A DNA stretch of 64,000 bases from Candidatus Omnitrophota bacterium (GCA_903856085.1 CAIOAT010000013.1:103430-167429), one strand, 5' to 3'; counted from the first letter of the stretch, positions 1 through 10,688 are shown. Program-made: numbers and translations. Notes: generated by a model not told the origin, from the letters alone.

Positions 1-968
1 ATCGCGGAGGTAATATGGTCATAACCCGGCGCAATATCCGTCACAAGCGGTCCGAGCACATAAAAAGGTGCGCCATGGCAAACCTTGATCTGGCGTTCGA
101 TATTCATGGGGATCTGGTCCATCGGCACGTGCCCCGGACCTTCCACCATCACCTGCACATCTTGTTCCCAAGCTCGCAAGGTCAACGCCCCGAGCGCATC
201 AAGTTCCGCGAACTGCGCCGCATCGCTCGCATCCGCGAGACACCCCGGCCGCATCCCATCGCCGAGGCTGATCGTCACGTCATATTTTTTGCAGATCTCA
301 AGCAGCCGGTCATAATGCGTAAAAAGAAAATTCTGTTTTTGATGGGCCTTGCACCAACGCGCAAGGATCGCACCGCCACGACTCACCACGCCGGTTACGC
401 GGCTTTCGATCAGAGGCAAATGTTCCAACAACACTCCCGCGTGAATCGTCATGAAATCCACGCCCTGCCGGGCCTGATGCTCGATCACCTCGAACATAAT
501 CTCCGGCGTCAGCACTTCCGGCTTTCCATTCACGCGTTCGAGAGCCTCATAAATCGGCACCGTTCCGACCGGAACCGTAGTCGCACGAATAATCGCTTCG
601 CGCGTCTCATCCAGCTGTTTTCCGGTCGAAAGATCCATCACAGTATCCGCTCCAAACTTGACCGCGAGCTTCACCTTCTCCACTTCGGCTTGAATATCCG
701 ACCCTAGCGCGGAATTGCCGAGATTCGCGTTGATCTTGCACCGAACGCTGATCCCGATCCCCATCGGCCGCAGATCCCGATGATTCACATTCGCACAGAT
801 CACAAGCCGCCCGGCCGCCACCTCTTCTCTGATGAACTCCGGAGCAAGACGTTCGTCCGCCGCCACATAGTTCATTTCTTCCGTCACGATCCCCTGGCGG
901 GCATAGTGCATCTGGGAACGGTTCTCGTCTTTTTCTCGTTTCGCTATCCAGCCGTCTCGAAATGACAT
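1..968 (-). CDS. thiC: Phosphomethylpyrimidine synthase ThiC; 3' end runs off the window
   Basis: Not in the ORF track; translated manually. [32 protein letters not shown]..., [59 protein letters not shown] lies upstream of ATG 968. Confidence 0.96.
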   Translation of the reverse strand, partial: MSFRDGWIAKREKDENRSQMHYARQGIVTEEMNYVAADERLAPEFIREEVAAGRLVICANVNHRDLRPMGIGISVRCKINANLGNSALGSDIQAEVEKVKLAVKFGADTVMDLSTGKQLDETREAIIRATTVPVGTVPIYEALERVNGKPEVLTPEIMFEVIEHQARQGVDFMTIHAGVLLEHLPLIESRVTGVVSRGGAILARWCKAHQKQNFLFTHYDRLLEICKKYDVTISLGDGMRPGCLADASDAAQFAELDALGALTLRAWEQDVQVMVEGPGHVPMDQIPMNIERQIKVCHGAPFYVLGPLVTDIAPGYDHITSA

Positions 969-988
969 GTTTTCCTTTTTAAATCCGC

Positions 989-2119
989 TCAATGAAATGC
1001 TGTTTCAACAACATGGCAACTCGTGCGCCACCACACATCTAATTCTTTCGGAAAATATTTTATCCGCTCTTTTTTGAGTTCCCGGGTCGTTACGAGCACC
1101 TGGTGCGGCCACTTTCCGATACGGTCTTGAATACGCCGGGTCAAGAGATCGAGCGCCGCAGCCGTTTCAGCTCGGACTACCGTGTAAAGTGAATACGGAA
1201 ATTCCGGGTAAGCCGGCCGCCGACCCGCATAAAGAACTTCGCCGAAGTCCGCGATCTCGGGTCCTAGCCGCTCGAGCTTCTCTTCCGGAATTTGCCAAAC
1301 CAGGAGCGTTCGGGTCTCCGTAACAGTCGCGACAGATTTCAGAAAACTTCCGATCTTTTTGAGACAACCTTTCCCGATAAGCGACATCATCCGCTCCAGC
1401 GCCTGAACTTCCGTGATCCCAAGATCCGAAGCGATCTTCCGGTAAGGTTCGTCTGTCAGCGGGAACGGCTCCTGCAACTTCCGGATCATTCCAATCTCTT
1501 CTGCTGAAAGCCCATCTTCGAGCACGGCTTCGCCGGGAGCTTGCAAGCGGCTGGAAATCTCAGAATTTCCACAGCTTGTACTCGTCGCACGAGACGACAA
1601 GCAACGCTTCTCAAAACGCTCGCTCATGGCCGGAAATGTTTCCGCGTCCAAAGAGCTTAAGAGGTCGGTCCCCTTAAATACCTTACGAACGGGTAAAAAC
1701 AATACCCTCTGGGCCCCCGCAAGTTTCCCAAGACACTGGACATGCAATTCAAGATCATACCCCGATGGGACCGCGATAAAAAACCAAAGATTGAACTCGT
1801 GTTCACGCTCACAGCCGTAGACCACCCCCGGATGCTGCCAAAGGACTTCGGTCCGGGACTCAAGCTCTGCCGCATCGGACAGCAAGTGACGCTCCTGTCC
1901 GATCCGCACCGCGACCCAAGCACTTTGATAATGGAACGCGCGCGGATCCAGAATGGCCTTGATCCCTCCGAAGGTCCCTTCCCTTTTGAGACGTTGGATA
2001 CGAACCAGAAGCTCCGCACTGTCTGAGCCGATCTTCGCGGACCAAACATCAAAAGGCCGCGGAGTCAGCGGAAGCCCGTTTTGGAGATAACTCAAAAGAA
2101 GACGATCTTTTTCATCCAT
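989..2119 (-). CDS. Fused AhbA/AhbB (NirDL)-like siroheme decarboxylase / Lrp-AsnC family protein with degenerate motifs
   Basis: Two tandem units: [12 protein letters not shown]...HEFNLWF and [12 protein letters not shown]...[10 protein letters not shown]. Start taken at ATG 2119. Confidence 0.8.
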   Translation of the reverse strand: MDEKDRLLLSYLQNGLPLTPRPFDVWSAKIGSDSAELLVRIQRLKREGTFGGIKAILDPRAFHYQSAWVAVRIGQERHLLSDAAELESRTEVLWQHPGVVYGCEREHEFNLWFFIAVPSGYDLELHVQCLGKLAGAQRVLFLPVRKVFKGTDLLSSLDAETFPAMSERFEKRCLSSRATSTSCGNSEISSRLQAPGEAVLEDGLSAEEIGMIRKLQEPFPLTDEPYRKIASDLGITEVQALERMMSLIGKGCLKKIGSFLKSVATVTETRTLLVWQIPEEKLERLGPEIADFGEVLYAGRRPAYPEFPYSLYTVVRAETAAALDLLTRRIQDRIGKWPHQVLVTTRELKKERIKYFPKELDVWWRTSCHVVETAFH

Positions 2120-2120
2120 A

Positions 2121-2203
2121 GTCCCAACACCTATCAATTAAAACGAAGTTGAAATTGGGGCAGTCCCCATTCCAAGCAATCGAAGCAAAGCTGAGATTGG
2201 AGC
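2121..2203. repeat. Tandem pair of 41-bp hairpin modules (type A + A) in the ahbAB-like 5' UTR
   Basis: GTCCCAACACCTATCAATTAAAACGAAGTTGAAATTGGGGC-A-GTCCCCATTCCAAGCAATCGAAGCAAAGCTGAGATTGGAGC. Confidence 0.85.
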
Positions 2204-2248
2204 TGTTTTAAAGGACCCCCGGGAGGCTTGAGAACAATACCTGAAAGC

Positions 2249-2277
2249 ATAATAGCCGAGGGAGCAGGGTTTGTCTA
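2249..2277 (-). promoter_or_regulatory. Putative sigma70 promoter for ahbAB-like/thiC
   Basis: TAGACA-17nt-TATTAT on the minus strand. Confidence 0.55.
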
Positions 2278-2306
2278 TAAAAGGGCGGGAAATGCGTAAC
2301 GCTCCC

Positions 2307-2335
2307 CGGGGAACGTATTCGTTTGTCGTTCCCCG
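2307..2335. other. GC-rich hairpin downstream of the response regulator (possible terminator or stabiliser)
   Basis: CGGGGAACG-loop-CGTTCCCCG inverted repeat; no adjacent strong U tract. Confidence 0.35.
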
Positions 2336-2359
2336 TTCATCGTCCCCCGTTTATTGGAA

Positions 2360-2719
2360 TCAATTTAAATTCGCGCGGATCTTTTCGATCAGGGCATCGA
2401 TTTCAAAAGGTTTTTTCAAACTCCCGGCAATACCGCCGAGATCGATTACGCGCTGAGGCATTTTATCATTGACGCTGGCAATAATGACGGGGATAGAGCG
2501 CCATTTCTCCTGCGCGCGCAACCACACATAGAATTCTTCCCCGTCCATCACCGGCATAATAAGGTCAAGAATGATGAGAGACGGTGTCTCTTTTTCAAGT
2601 ATCGCCATGGCTTCCTTCCCGTTCAACGCGGTCAGTACCTGAAAGGATTCCCCCTGAAGATAAAGCTGATAGATATCCTGAAAATCACTGTCATCCTCAA
2701 CGATCAATATCTTTTTCAT
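2360..2719 (-). CDS. Single-domain response regulator (CheY-like receiver)
   Basis: KKILIVEDD...IILDLIMPVMDG...KKPF. Confidence 0.92.
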   Translation of the reverse strand: MKKILIVEDDSDFQDIYQLYLQGESFQVLTALNGKEAMAILEKETPSLIILDLIMPVMDGEEFYVWLRAQEKWRSIPVIIASVNDKMPQRVIDLGGIAGSLKKPFEIDALIEKIRANLN

Positions 2720-2761
2720 AGTTCCTCTCATCTCACCCCAGCACGTGGCACTAGGGTTGAT

Positions 2762-4609
2762 TTATACGTTCTTATTTGCGAGCTGATACGACGGAAAAAC
2801 AACTTTAAAAACACTGCCTTGCCCGGCGCCTTCACTCTCGGCCCAAAGCTCTCCCTCGTGCAAAGCCACGATCTCCTTGGAAATGGTCAGACCCACCCCG
2901 ATCCCCAAGGTCGACGGCGTTTTCTGGAAAAACGCTTCGAAAATTCTCTGAAGATTCTCGGGCTCGATCCCGATCCCGGTATCCACGACTTCCGCGAAAA
3001 CATCGTTCCCTCGGATCGAGGAAGCAACCGTGATACTGCCGTCGGGAGTAAATTTTATAGCATTGGTGATGAGATTAACGAACACCCGGTAAAGCATGTC
3101 CGGATCTCCAAGCATCTTGAGTGGTGACGGAGAAAGCCGGGTCTGGAGCTTCAAATGATGTTGCTCGACCAAGGGACGCGTATCGTCCGCCACGAGCATG
3201 AGCACGTCGTTAAGATCCAGTTCCTGTTTTTTAATGTCTGACATCCCGGATTCCACCTTAGAAAGATCCATGATGCTCGAAATGGTCCGCATCAAACGGT
3301 CCGCATTGTCACTGAGCATCTTGATAATGGGAAGAAATTTCTCTTTTTCAGGATTGTTCGTCATCTGCTTGGCTAAAAGTTGCGTTGTCATGATAAATTT
3401 AGCCGTAGGCGTCTTGAGCTCGTGCGCCACGTCGCGAACAAGTGTTTCCTTCATCATTTCCACATGTCGCAGGTCCGTAATATCACGCATAACACCCTGA
3501 ATCAGGCGAAGATTCCCTTCATAGTCCACGACCGGCGTGAGATTGGTCTGGTAATAGATCTCTGCGTGATGAAGCCTGTGGAATTGTTTGGTGCTCAAAT
3601 GTTCTACGGATTTCTTGGTTCGAACGATCGTTTCAAGCGCTTCCTGGAATTTCTGTGCCTCTCCCGGTGCGTGCATCAGAAAGAAGAGCGGAAGCCCTTC
3701 CGCGAGGATCTCCTCGCGTGTGTAACCCGAAAAACCGCGATTAAGGATCATAAGCTCGCCTTCAGGGGTAATGGAAAAAATGATATCGCTCACGTCATTG
3801 ACGATCGATCGGTATTTCTCCTCGGACTCCTCAAGAGCCTGACTCCGGGCCCGCAAATGCTCAAAACTTTGCACCAGACGACTCACCACTTTATTGAACG
3901 CCTCGCCGACTTCCTGAATCTCGTCGTGAGAATGGATATTAGCCCGCGCCTCAAGATCCCCGGCCAGGATGTTGCGTGCGGTCTTTTGCAACGAGGTCAG
4001 AGGCCGCATGACCAGCCAGGTGATCCACGCGATCACAAGCGTTGCGATGATCACCAAAAGAAAGGCCACAAAGAATTTTTCGACAAAGATCTTCCGAAGT
4101 TCCTTTTCGAATTCGATCTTGGAAAAAATGATGATGAGACGTCCGAGCGTTTCCTCTCCGCTCATGATAGGCGCCACAGCCGCGTAGGTATCGGCGTCGA
4201 TTTTTTCAACCCCGAAAAAATCTTGATTATAAAAAAGTCCCGGAAGGGCTTCGTTTTCAGGCCGGCTGCTGCCAAGGGTTTTTCCGTCCGAACCCTCCAC
4301 ACGGACCTCTTCCACATCGGCCTGCTCGGCAAGAAGTTGGATATAGGCTCTGAGAGAACGCTGGTCCTTCGCCTCGAGCGGGATCTTGAGCGTCTCCGAA
4401 AAGATCTCAGCAATAGTTTGAAGTCGCGCCTCTTTGTATTTGACCATCAGGTCGCGAAAGACATTGAAGGTCGTAAGAAGCACAAAAAAAACGATCCCGA
4501 GAACAAGAACCAACACCGGCAATGACAGCTTATAGCGAATAGGCACACGCCAAGCTTGTCGCTGGGACGATTCCTTTTGATTCTCGGAACTCTTACGATT
4601 CTTCAACAT
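2762..4609 (-). CDS. Membrane sensor histidine kinase (TM-periplasmic-TM-HAMP-PAS-HisKA-HATPase)
   Basis: HAMP (RPLTSL...DEIQEVGEAFN), PAS, H-box VAHELKTP, N-box NLITNAIKFT, DTGIGI, GVGLTI. Confidence 0.92.
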   Translation of the reverse strand: MLKNRKSSENQKESSQRQAWRVPIRYKLSLPVLVLVLGIVFFVLLTTFNVFRDLMVKYKEARLQTIAEIFSETLKIPLEAKDQRSLRAYIQLLAEQADVEEVRVEGSDGKTLGSSRPENEALPGLFYNQDFFGVEKIDADTYAAVAPIMSGEETLGRLIIIFSKIEFEKELRKIFVEKFFVAFLLVIIATLVIAWITWLVMRPLTSLQKTARNILAGDLEARANIHSHDEIQEVGEAFNKVVSRLVQSFEHLRARSQALEESEEKYRSIVNDVSDIIFSITPEGELMILNRGFSGYTREEILAEGLPLFFLMHAPGEAQKFQEALETIVRTKKSVEHLSTKQFHRLHHAEIYYQTNLTPVVDYEGNLRLIQGVMRDITDLRHVEMMKETLVRDVAHELKTPTAKFIMTTQLLAKQMTNNPEKEKFLPIIKMLSDNADRLMRTISSIMDLSKVESGMSDIKKQELDLNDVLMLVADDTRPLVEQHHLKLQTRLSPSPLKMLGDPDMLYRVFVNLITNAIKFTPDGSITVASSIRGNDVFAEVVDTGIGIEPENLQRIFEAFFQKTPSTLGIGVGLTISKEIVALHEGELWAESEGAGQGSVFKVVFPSYQLANKNV

Positions 4610-4707
4610 GGATCTTCAACATTTCTCCAGAGATCCAACCCTTCGCTTCAAAGCCTGGATCCTATTTTCACAAAAATGCAGCCTATTTAAAACTTCCAAA
4701 GCCTCTT

Positions 4708-4749
4708 GTTCTCGTCTACCCTTCAAGAGACAAAATCAAAGACAAGCCC
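4708..4749. repeat. Type C hairpin module (decayed stem)
   Basis: GTTCTCGTCTACCCTTCAAGAGACAAAATCAAAGACAAGCCC aligns by eye with 27282-27323 and 44927-44967. Confidence 0.65.
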
Positions 4750-4817
4750 TCCGAATCCTTTAAATCAATAGCAACACAGCCTTTGGAACGGAGCGCCTTC
4801 TATTATCGGCATGTTCC

Positions 4818-5225
4818 TCAGGTTTTGAAATACTCCTCCCAATGAAGGACCAGATCCTCCAACACCTCAAGATCTCCCGGAAGCAACGTATATTGACGGA
4901 TATCCTCCCGCGAAACCCACCTGAAATCCTTACAGTCGATCGCACGGGGCTCCCCGCTTTCCCACCGGCAAAAAAAGAAGAAAAGCGAGATTTTGCGCTC
5001 CGGAGATCCCTGCACCCTATTGCAAAGAAGCTTCTCAGGATGGACCCGAATGCCCAGTTCTTCAAAAGCCTCGCGCACAAGACACGCTTCGATCGTTTCA
5101 TCCTGCTCGCGCTTGCCGCCCGGAAATTCCCAATAGCCGCCGAAGCTGTCCTTCAGATTGCGCTGAGCAATCAAAAGTTGCCCATTCCTATGAATGATCG
5201 CACAACCGACCTCAAGAGTTTCCAT
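4818..5225 (-). CDS. mutT: NUDIX hydrolase, MutT/NudG-like (d)NTP pyrophosphohydrolase
   Basis: WEFPGGKREQDETIEACLVREAFEELG Nudix box. Confidence 0.88.
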   Translation of the reverse strand: METLEVGCAIIHRNGQLLIAQRNLKDSFGGYWEFPGGKREQDETIEACLVREAFEELGIRVHPEKLLCNRVQGSPERKISLFFFFCRWESGEPRAIDCKDFRWVSREDIRQYTLLPGDLEVLEDLVLHWEEYFKT

Positions 5226-5383
5226 TATTTTTCTTTCGGACAGAAAACTCGAACCACAAACAGCATGGGACTATAAGAAAAAATAGTTGCGTTAGTCATT
5301 GAACAGTTCTTTAGGGAAATCCCGAGGTTAAACGATTGAAGGTATTGTACCCAACAGCCTTACCCTATGGAATCTTTTTATCA

Positions 5384-5463
5384 GCACTAATTCTCTATGA
5401 AAAAATGAACGGATAATCCGTACAGTCCAAGTCGCCCTTCATGAAAAAAATCAAGACTTAGAC
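5384..5463. repeat. Tandem modules (inverted type B + type C) upstream of nuoA
   Basis: GCACTAATTCTCTATGAAAAAATGAACGGATAATCCGTAC-A-GTCCAAGTCGCCCTTCATGAAAAAAATCAAGACTTAGAC. Confidence 0.65.
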
Positions 5464-5518
5464 AGGAAAAGAAGCGGCTTAAGGCCCTCTTAACCCCTAC
5501 TCTAACCCCTTATCTTCA

Positions 5519-5546
5519 TTGACTTTGAACCCTTTGTTCATATAAT
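5519..5546 (+). promoter_or_regulatory. Putative sigma70 promoter of the nuo operon (near-leaderless)
   Basis: TTGACT-16nt-TATAAT ending 8 nt before the nuoA ATG; TGAAC-N5-GTTCA palindrome in the spacer. Confidence 0.65.
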
Positions 5547-5554
5547 GACGGCCT

Positions 5555-5926
5555 ATGTCCAGCGGCTCCTATTTCTACCAATATCTCTTTGTCGGCATCT
5601 TCTTTGTCTTCGCGCTTGTTTTTGCCGCGATTCCCTTGGTCCTGGCCTGGCTCCTAGCCCCCAAGAAGCCGTCACTTGAGAAGCAAGCGACCTACGAATG
5701 CGGCTTGGCCTCTAAAGGCGACCCCTGGATGCAATATCACGTGCAATATTACCTTTTCGCCTTGATCTTCGTCATTTTTGACATTGAAACGGTCTTTATC
5801 TACCCGTGGGCTGTCGCCTTTAAAAAGCTGGGCCTCTTCGCCTTTGTGGAAATGGCCATCTTCATCGCCATCCTCGCTTTCGGCCTCATGTACGCCTGGA
5901 AGAAGAAAATGCTCGAGTGGGAGTGA
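5555..5926 (+). CDS. nuoA: NADH-quinone oxidoreductase subunit A
   Basis: TYECG, YYLFALIFVIFDIETVFIYPWA, LEW. Confidence 0.96.
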   Translation: MSSGSYFYQYLFVGIFFVFALVFAAIPLVLAWLLAPKKPSLEKQATYECGLASKGDPWMQYHVQYYLFALIFVIFDIETVFIYPWAVAFKKLGLFAFVEMAIFIAILAFGLMYAWKKKMLEWE

Positions 5927-5961
5927 TCTTCCTCCGTTTGCATAGAAACTGAAAAAACCTT

Positions 5962-6693
5962 ATGGCATTCACAAAAAATAAAACTAAAATTGATGAAACG
6001 CTTCGGGCAGAACTCGCAAAAAAAGGCGTGATCTGGACGAGTTTAGATTTCCTCTACAACTGGGGCCGGCGCTCGTCGATATGGCCCATGCAGTTCGGCC
6101 TCGCCTGTTGCGCGTTCGAGATGATCGCCGCAGCCTGCGCCCGTTACGACATTGCACGCTTTGGAGCCGAGCTTTTCCGTGCCTCGCCGCGCCAGGCCGA
6201 CCTCATGATCATTTCCGGGACTGTCACCAAGAAAATGGCCCCCCAAGTCGTCCGTCTCTATAATCAGATGCCGGAGCCAAAATATGTGCTCACGATGGGC
6301 GCGTGTGCGATTTCGGGCGGTCCTTTTATCGACGGCTACAATGTTTTACGCGGAATCGACCGTTATATCCCGGTCGATGTCCATCTTCCCGGCTGTCCTC
6401 CCCGGCCCGAGGCCCTGCTTCATGGCCTCATGGAGCTTCAAAAAAAGATCGCTTCACAAGAGATCCGGAAGGCGGAATGGTATCAAAAAGGTCTGAAACG
6501 GGAATTCCCGATCCCAGAGCTTGGGCCCAATGGTCTCATCCCAAAATTCAATCCTGAGGTCTGGCAGCCTTCTAAAAGAAATTCTCGCAGGGAACATTAC
6601 GGGCAGACGATCCTGGTTGGAAAAAAGTTGAAAGCTCCGGACCTGGAACTTGCGATAGCCACCAAGCCAGTCGCCCCGGGAGCTGCCGCCTGA
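5962..6693 (+). CDS. nuoB: NADH-quinone oxidoreductase subunit B, with C-terminal extension
   Basis: [32 protein letters not shown]. Confidence 0.96.
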   Translation: MAFTKNKTKIDETLRAELAKKGVIWTSLDFLYNWGRRSSIWPMQFGLACCAFEMIAAACARYDIARFGAELFRASPRQADLMIISGTVTKKMAPQVVRLYNQMPEPKYVLTMGACAISGGPFIDGYNVLRGIDRYIPVDVHLPGCPPRPEALLHGLMELQKKIASQEIRKAEWYQKGLKREFPIPELGPNGLIPKFNPEVWQPSKRNSRREHYGQTILVGKKLKAPDLELAIATKPVAPGAAA

Positions 6694-6694
6694 T

Positions 6695-7282
6695 ATGAAT
6701 ATCCCGATTGAAGAGGTCAAAAAAGAGCTAGAGGCCCGGCTACCGGATGTCAAACTCCGCCTGATCAGGGATTCCATTCTGATCGAAAATCCGGAAGATC
6801 TGCCGCGGGTTGCCTTGTTCTTAAAAGAAAGCCCGAAATTCCTTTTGGATTATCTGTCATCAGTGACGGGCGCGGATTATCTGACGTTCCTGGAATCGGT
6901 CTATCATTTTTATTCGATGGCCACAAAGCAGGGGCCTGTGGCGCTTCGCGTGCGCGTCACAAAAAATAACCCGCGAGTCCCCTCGCTGGTACCGATCTAC
7001 CGGAGCGCAGAACTCCAAGAGCGTGAGGCTTACGACACCTTCGGCATTATTTTTGAAGGGCACCCTGACCCCCGGCGTCTTTTCATGTGGGAAGAGTTTC
7101 AAGGCTATCCCCTGCGCAAGGATTACGAGCAAGAAGACACCGAGGTACTGGAAGCTACAGATATCGCGTGGCTTGAGGCTCGCGGGATCGAGATCCCTGG
7201 CGAAATGAAGGAAAAAGCGAAAGCACTCCAGGCCACCAACCAGCGCGCGATTGCTCAAAAGCCGGAAAAACCCAGGAATTAG
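6695..7282 (+). CDS. nuoC: NADH-quinone oxidoreductase subunit C
   Basis: EREAYDTFGIIFEGHPDPRRL, GYPLRKDY. Confidence 0.95.
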   Translation: MNIPIEEVKKELEARLPDVKLRLIRDSILIENPEDLPRVALFLKESPKFLLDYLSSVTGADYLTFLESVYHFYSMATKQGPVALRVRVTKNNPRVPSLVPIYRSAELQEREAYDTFGIIFEGHPDPRRLFMWEEFQGYPLRKDYEQEDTEVLEATDIAWLEARGIEIPGEMKEKAKALQATNQRAIAQKPEKPRN

Positions 7283-7285
7283 TTT

Positions 7286-8434
7286 ATGGAAACAACTGAA
7301 GTCCTTAAAAATACAGACGCGACACAGATACTCGAGATCAATTTCGGGCCACAACATCCGTCCACGCACGGCGTTTTCCGCATGACGGTTCAACTGGACG
7401 GCGAGAAAATTTGCGGTCTAAAACCTGTCTTCGGATATCTGCACCGCAACCACGAGCAGATCGCGGAGAACCTCCCCTACGCGGCGATCATGCCCTACAC
7501 GGACCGGTTGGATTATGTGAATGCACTTGCGAATAACTTCGGCTATGCGCTCACGATCGAAAAACTCGCGGGGTTTGAAGTCCCCGAAAGGGCGGAATAC
7601 ATCCGAGTCATCATGGCAGAACTCGCGCGTATCGTAAACCATATCACGGTCATCGGGTTTATGCTCAACGACCTCGGTGCTTTTTTCACACCACTTCTCT
7701 ACGCCTTCCGCGAGCGGGAAAGAATCTTGGACCTTTTCGAAGAGATCACAGGTTCACGCCTGATGAATAATTATTTTCGTTTCGGCGGCGTAAAACGCGA
7801 CCTCACGAATGAGAACCTTGCTGCTATTCAGAAGATCGTTTCGAAATTCCCGGCGTTCCTGAAAGAATTCGAAGCCCTGCTCACAAAAAACGAGATTCTC
7901 TGCATGCGCTGCCAGAATATTGGCATTCTTTCCGGGGAAACGGCGACGAACGCCGGCATCACGGGCCCCGTGCTTCGCGCCTCCGGCGTCAATTACGACA
8001 TCCGGAAAGTGGACGGCTACAGCATTTATAATCGTTTTGATTTCAAGATCCCACTCGGAGAAAAGGGCGATGTGTATGACCGTTTTTACGTCCGTGTCCT
8101 TGAGATACGTGAGAGTTTGAAGATCCTGGAACAAGCCCTGACCAAGATTCCGCAGGGTGAGATTATCAATAAAAAGTCCCTTCCCCTCCTTAAGATGCCA
8201 CGCAACTTCAAACCGCCGGTGGGTGAAGCCTATGGACGCGTCGAATCTCCCAAAGGCGAGCTTGGATTTTATGTCGTAAGTGACGGAACGCCGCAACCCT
8301 GGCGCTATCACGTGCGCGCCCCTTCGCTCATTAACCTGACCGTATTGGAAGAGATGTGCCTCGGCCAAAAGATCGCGGATGCGATCATTATCCTTGGAAG
8401 TATCGACATTGTACTCGGAGAGACCGACCGATGA
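7286..8434 (+). CDS. nuoD: NADH-quinone oxidoreductase subunit D
   Basis: [44 protein letters not shown]; no NiFe CxxC motifs. Confidence 0.96.
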   Translation: METTEVLKNTDATQILEINFGPQHPSTHGVFRMTVQLDGEKICGLKPVFGYLHRNHEQIAENLPYAAIMPYTDRLDYVNALANNFGYALTIEKLAGFEVPERAEYIRVIMAELARIVNHITVIGFMLNDLGAFFTPLLYAFRERERILDLFEEITGSRLMNNYFRFGGVKRDLTNENLAAIQKIVSKFPAFLKEFEALLTKNEILCMRCQNIGILSGETATNAGITGPVLRASGVNYDIRKVDGYSIYNRFDFKIPLGEKGDVYDRFYVRVLEIRESLKILEQALTKIPQGEIINKKSLPLLKMPRNFKPPVGEAYGRVESPKGELGFYVVSDGTPQPWRYHVRAPSLINLTVLEEMCLGQKIADAIIILGSIDIVLGETDR

Positions 8435-8994
8435 ACATCTTTGGATCGGGTGTTTTCCAAGGCATGATGGTAACACTCAAAAACTTCCTGACCTCTTATT
8501 TCCGCAAACCCGATGAAGGCGGCATCTTCACGGTCCAGTACCCGGAAGAGCGCGAAAAAGCGATCGAGAACTTCCGGAACTTCCCTTTTCTTGTTTATGA
8601 CGGATCGCCGGAGCAGATCCGCTGCGTCGCCTGCGGAATCTGTGAGCGGGAATGTCCGCCCAAATGCATTCATATTGAGATGGCCCTTGATGTAGTTGGA
8701 AAACCGGCAAGAAAACCTACGGTATTCGATATCGATTACGGCCTTTGCATGAATTGCGGCATCTGCGAAGAGGTCTGCCCCTTCGATTCGATTTTCATGG
8801 ATCATGCTTTTGAAGTCACAGCACCTGAGCGTCAAATAAGTCTGGTCCGGCCCAAAAAAGCACTCCTGAAATCGAATGAATATTTTCAGAAGATCCGGCC
8901 GACTCTGGCAGCGGTCATTGATCAAAAGAGAAAAACGGCTGAAGAAAAGAAGAAGGCGGCAATTCAGCCGCCCGCAACCTCGGAATCGAAATGA
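8431..8994 (+). CDS. nuoI: NADH-quinone oxidoreductase subunit I (2x4Fe-4S)
   Basis: [31 protein letters not shown]; ATGA overlap with nuoD. Confidence 0.93.
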   Translation: MNIFGSGVFQGMMVTLKNFLTSYFRKPDEGGIFTVQYPEEREKAIENFRNFPFLVYDGSPEQIRCVACGICERECPPKCIHIEMALDVVGKPARKPTVFDIDYGLCMNCGICEEVCPFDSIFMDHAFEVTAPERQISLVRPKKALLKSNEYFQKIRPTLAAVIDQKRKTAEEKKKAAIQPPATSESK

Positions 8995-10160
8995 CAAAAA
9001 TACTGGAATTCATCGATAGCATCTTCGTGGCAGCCAAGGCGTGGATTCTGTGCCTTTTAGGTCATTTCCTGCCCGCCTGGATCGTGGTGCTTGTATCGAT
9101 CACCATCAGCGGCGTCGTGATCTTATGTCTCGGTCCAGTGATCATGATGTACCTGACACTCCTTGAAAGAAAGCTGATCGGAAGGATCCAGAACCGCTAC
9201 GGCCCGAACCGCGTGGGGATCTGGGGCCTCCTGCAACCCATCGCCGACGGCATCAAGATGTTCACCAAGGAAGACATCGTCCCCGCGAACGCCGACAAGG
9301 TCATCCATCTCCTCGCTCCCATCGCGATCGTGGTGCCCGCGCTGATGATCTTTTTGGTCGTACCCTTCGGCAAAGGCATGACCACTGTCAATTTGAATAT
9401 CGGCCTTCTTTACTTCATCGCCGTATCGTCCATCACGATCCTTCCGATCTTCATGGGAAGCTGGGCTTCGCGGAACAAATACTCTCTTTTGGGCGGCATG
9501 CGTACGGCAGCCCAGATGATCTCGTATGAGATTCCAATGACCTTGGCCGTTGTCCCGGCCATCATGATGAGCCAGAGCCTTGCGACCAACGCGATCGTCC
9601 TGGCACAGGCGGGTGGCCATGGCCTCAACTGGTTCATCTTCACGCCGTGGGGCATCGTGGGATTCATCATCTTTTTTCTTTGTGCGACCGCGGAGTGCAA
9701 CCGCCCGCCGTTCGATCTTCCGGAAGCAGAATCCGAACTCGTTGCAGGTTTCCACACGGAATATAGCGGCATGAAATTCGCCCTCTTTTATATGGCGGAG
9801 TACATGAACGCGTTCACGCTTTGCGGCATCGCAGCCACTCTTTTCCTGGGCGGCTGGCAAGGCCCTTTCCTTCCGTCCTGGCTCTGGTTCTTCGGGAAAA
9901 CATTTATCCTTATCTGTGTCATGATCTGGTTCCGCGGTACCTTTCCGCGCTTTCGCGTCGACCACCTGATGGCCTTCGCCTGGAAATTCCTTTTACCGCT
10001 CACACTCATCAATATTCTTCTCACCGCGCTTTGGCAGTTCACGTCGAACCTTGCGGCGTGGTGCGGATCGATCCTGGTCTTGGGGATTTCGCTCTGGACC
10101 CTGGTCAAGCTCAACCGTACTTTTGTCCCTGAAAAACGTCACTACCCTTTGGAAAGCTAA
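8991..10160 (+). CDS. nuoH: NADH-quinone oxidoreductase subunit H
   Basis: ERKLIGRIQNRYGPNRVG, QPIADGIK, AQMISYE, PFDLPEAESELVAGFHTEYSG. Confidence 0.96.
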   Translation: MTKILEFIDSIFVAAKAWILCLLGHFLPAWIVVLVSITISGVVILCLGPVIMMYLTLLERKLIGRIQNRYGPNRVGIWGLLQPIADGIKMFTKEDIVPANADKVIHLLAPIAIVVPALMIFLVVPFGKGMTTVNLNIGLLYFIAVSSITILPIFMGSWASRNKYSLLGGMRTAAQMISYEIPMTLAVVPAIMMSQSLATNAIVLAQAGGHGLNWFIFTPWGIVGFIIFFLCATAECNRPPFDLPEAESELVAGFHTEYSGMKFALFYMAEYMNAFTLCGIAATLFLGGWQGPFLPSWLWFFGKTFILICVMIWFRGTFPRFRVDHLMAFAWKFLLPLTLINILLTALWQFTSNLAAWCGSILVLGISLWTLVKLNRTFVPEKRHYPLES

Positions 10161-10163
10161 TTC

Positions 10164-10688
10164 ATGCCAATCCTAGAAATGGCCGCAAAATTCGGGACCT
10201 ATGCTGTGATGGCCGTGATCCTTATCTTCGCTCTGGGCGTGGTCACGCTCCGGAATATTTTCCATTGCGCACTTTGCCTCGCGGCGGCACTGATCGGAAC
10301 GGCGGTCCTTTATGTTGCATTCCGGGCGGAATACCTCGCCGCAATCCAAATCCTTCTTTATGTCGGCGCGGTAGTCACGCTGATCATTTTTGCCATTATG
10401 CTTACAGAACATCTCGCGGGAAAAACCGTCCGCCAGAACAACTCCCAAAGCCCGCTGGCGATCGCGGGTCTTCTGGGTTTCGTCGCACTCCTCACGGTCG
10501 TGATCCTGAAAACACCCTGGCCGGTCACGCAGACTGCACTTAAAGCCAAAGTCTCCGTCATGGCACTCGGCGAAGCTTTGATGGGGACTTATGTGTTCCC
10601 GTTCGAGGTCATCTCGATCATCTTGATCGCAGCCTTGATCGGTACGGTGGTCATCGCCAAAAAGGATGCTCCGGAGGAACGGCTATGA
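10164..10688 (+). CDS. nuoJ: NADH-quinone oxidoreductase subunit J
   Basis: [32 protein letters not shown]. Confidence 0.95.
   Translation: MPILEMAAKFGTYAVMAVILIFALGVVTLRNIFHCALCLAAALIGTAVLYVAFRAEYLAAIQILLYVGAVVTLIIFAIMLTEHLAGKTVRQNNSQSPLAIAGLLGFVALLTVVILKTPWPVTQTALKAKVSVMALGEALMGTYVFPFEVISIILIAALIGTVVIAKKDAPEERL

Noticed and set aside
15-707. 230-aa plus-strand ORF
   Set aside because: Antisense shadow of thiC, which has clear motifs on the minus strand.
2217-2265. TPP riboswitch-like words (TGAGA...ACCTGA...ATAAT...AGGGAG)
   Set aside because: They lie on the strand opposite thiC, the P2/P5 helices cannot form properly, and the segment is better explained as a minus-strand promoter.
7286-8434. 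Group 4 NiFe hydrogenase large subunit
   Set aside because: No CxxC Ni-binding motifs; the quinone-site motifs of NuoD are present.
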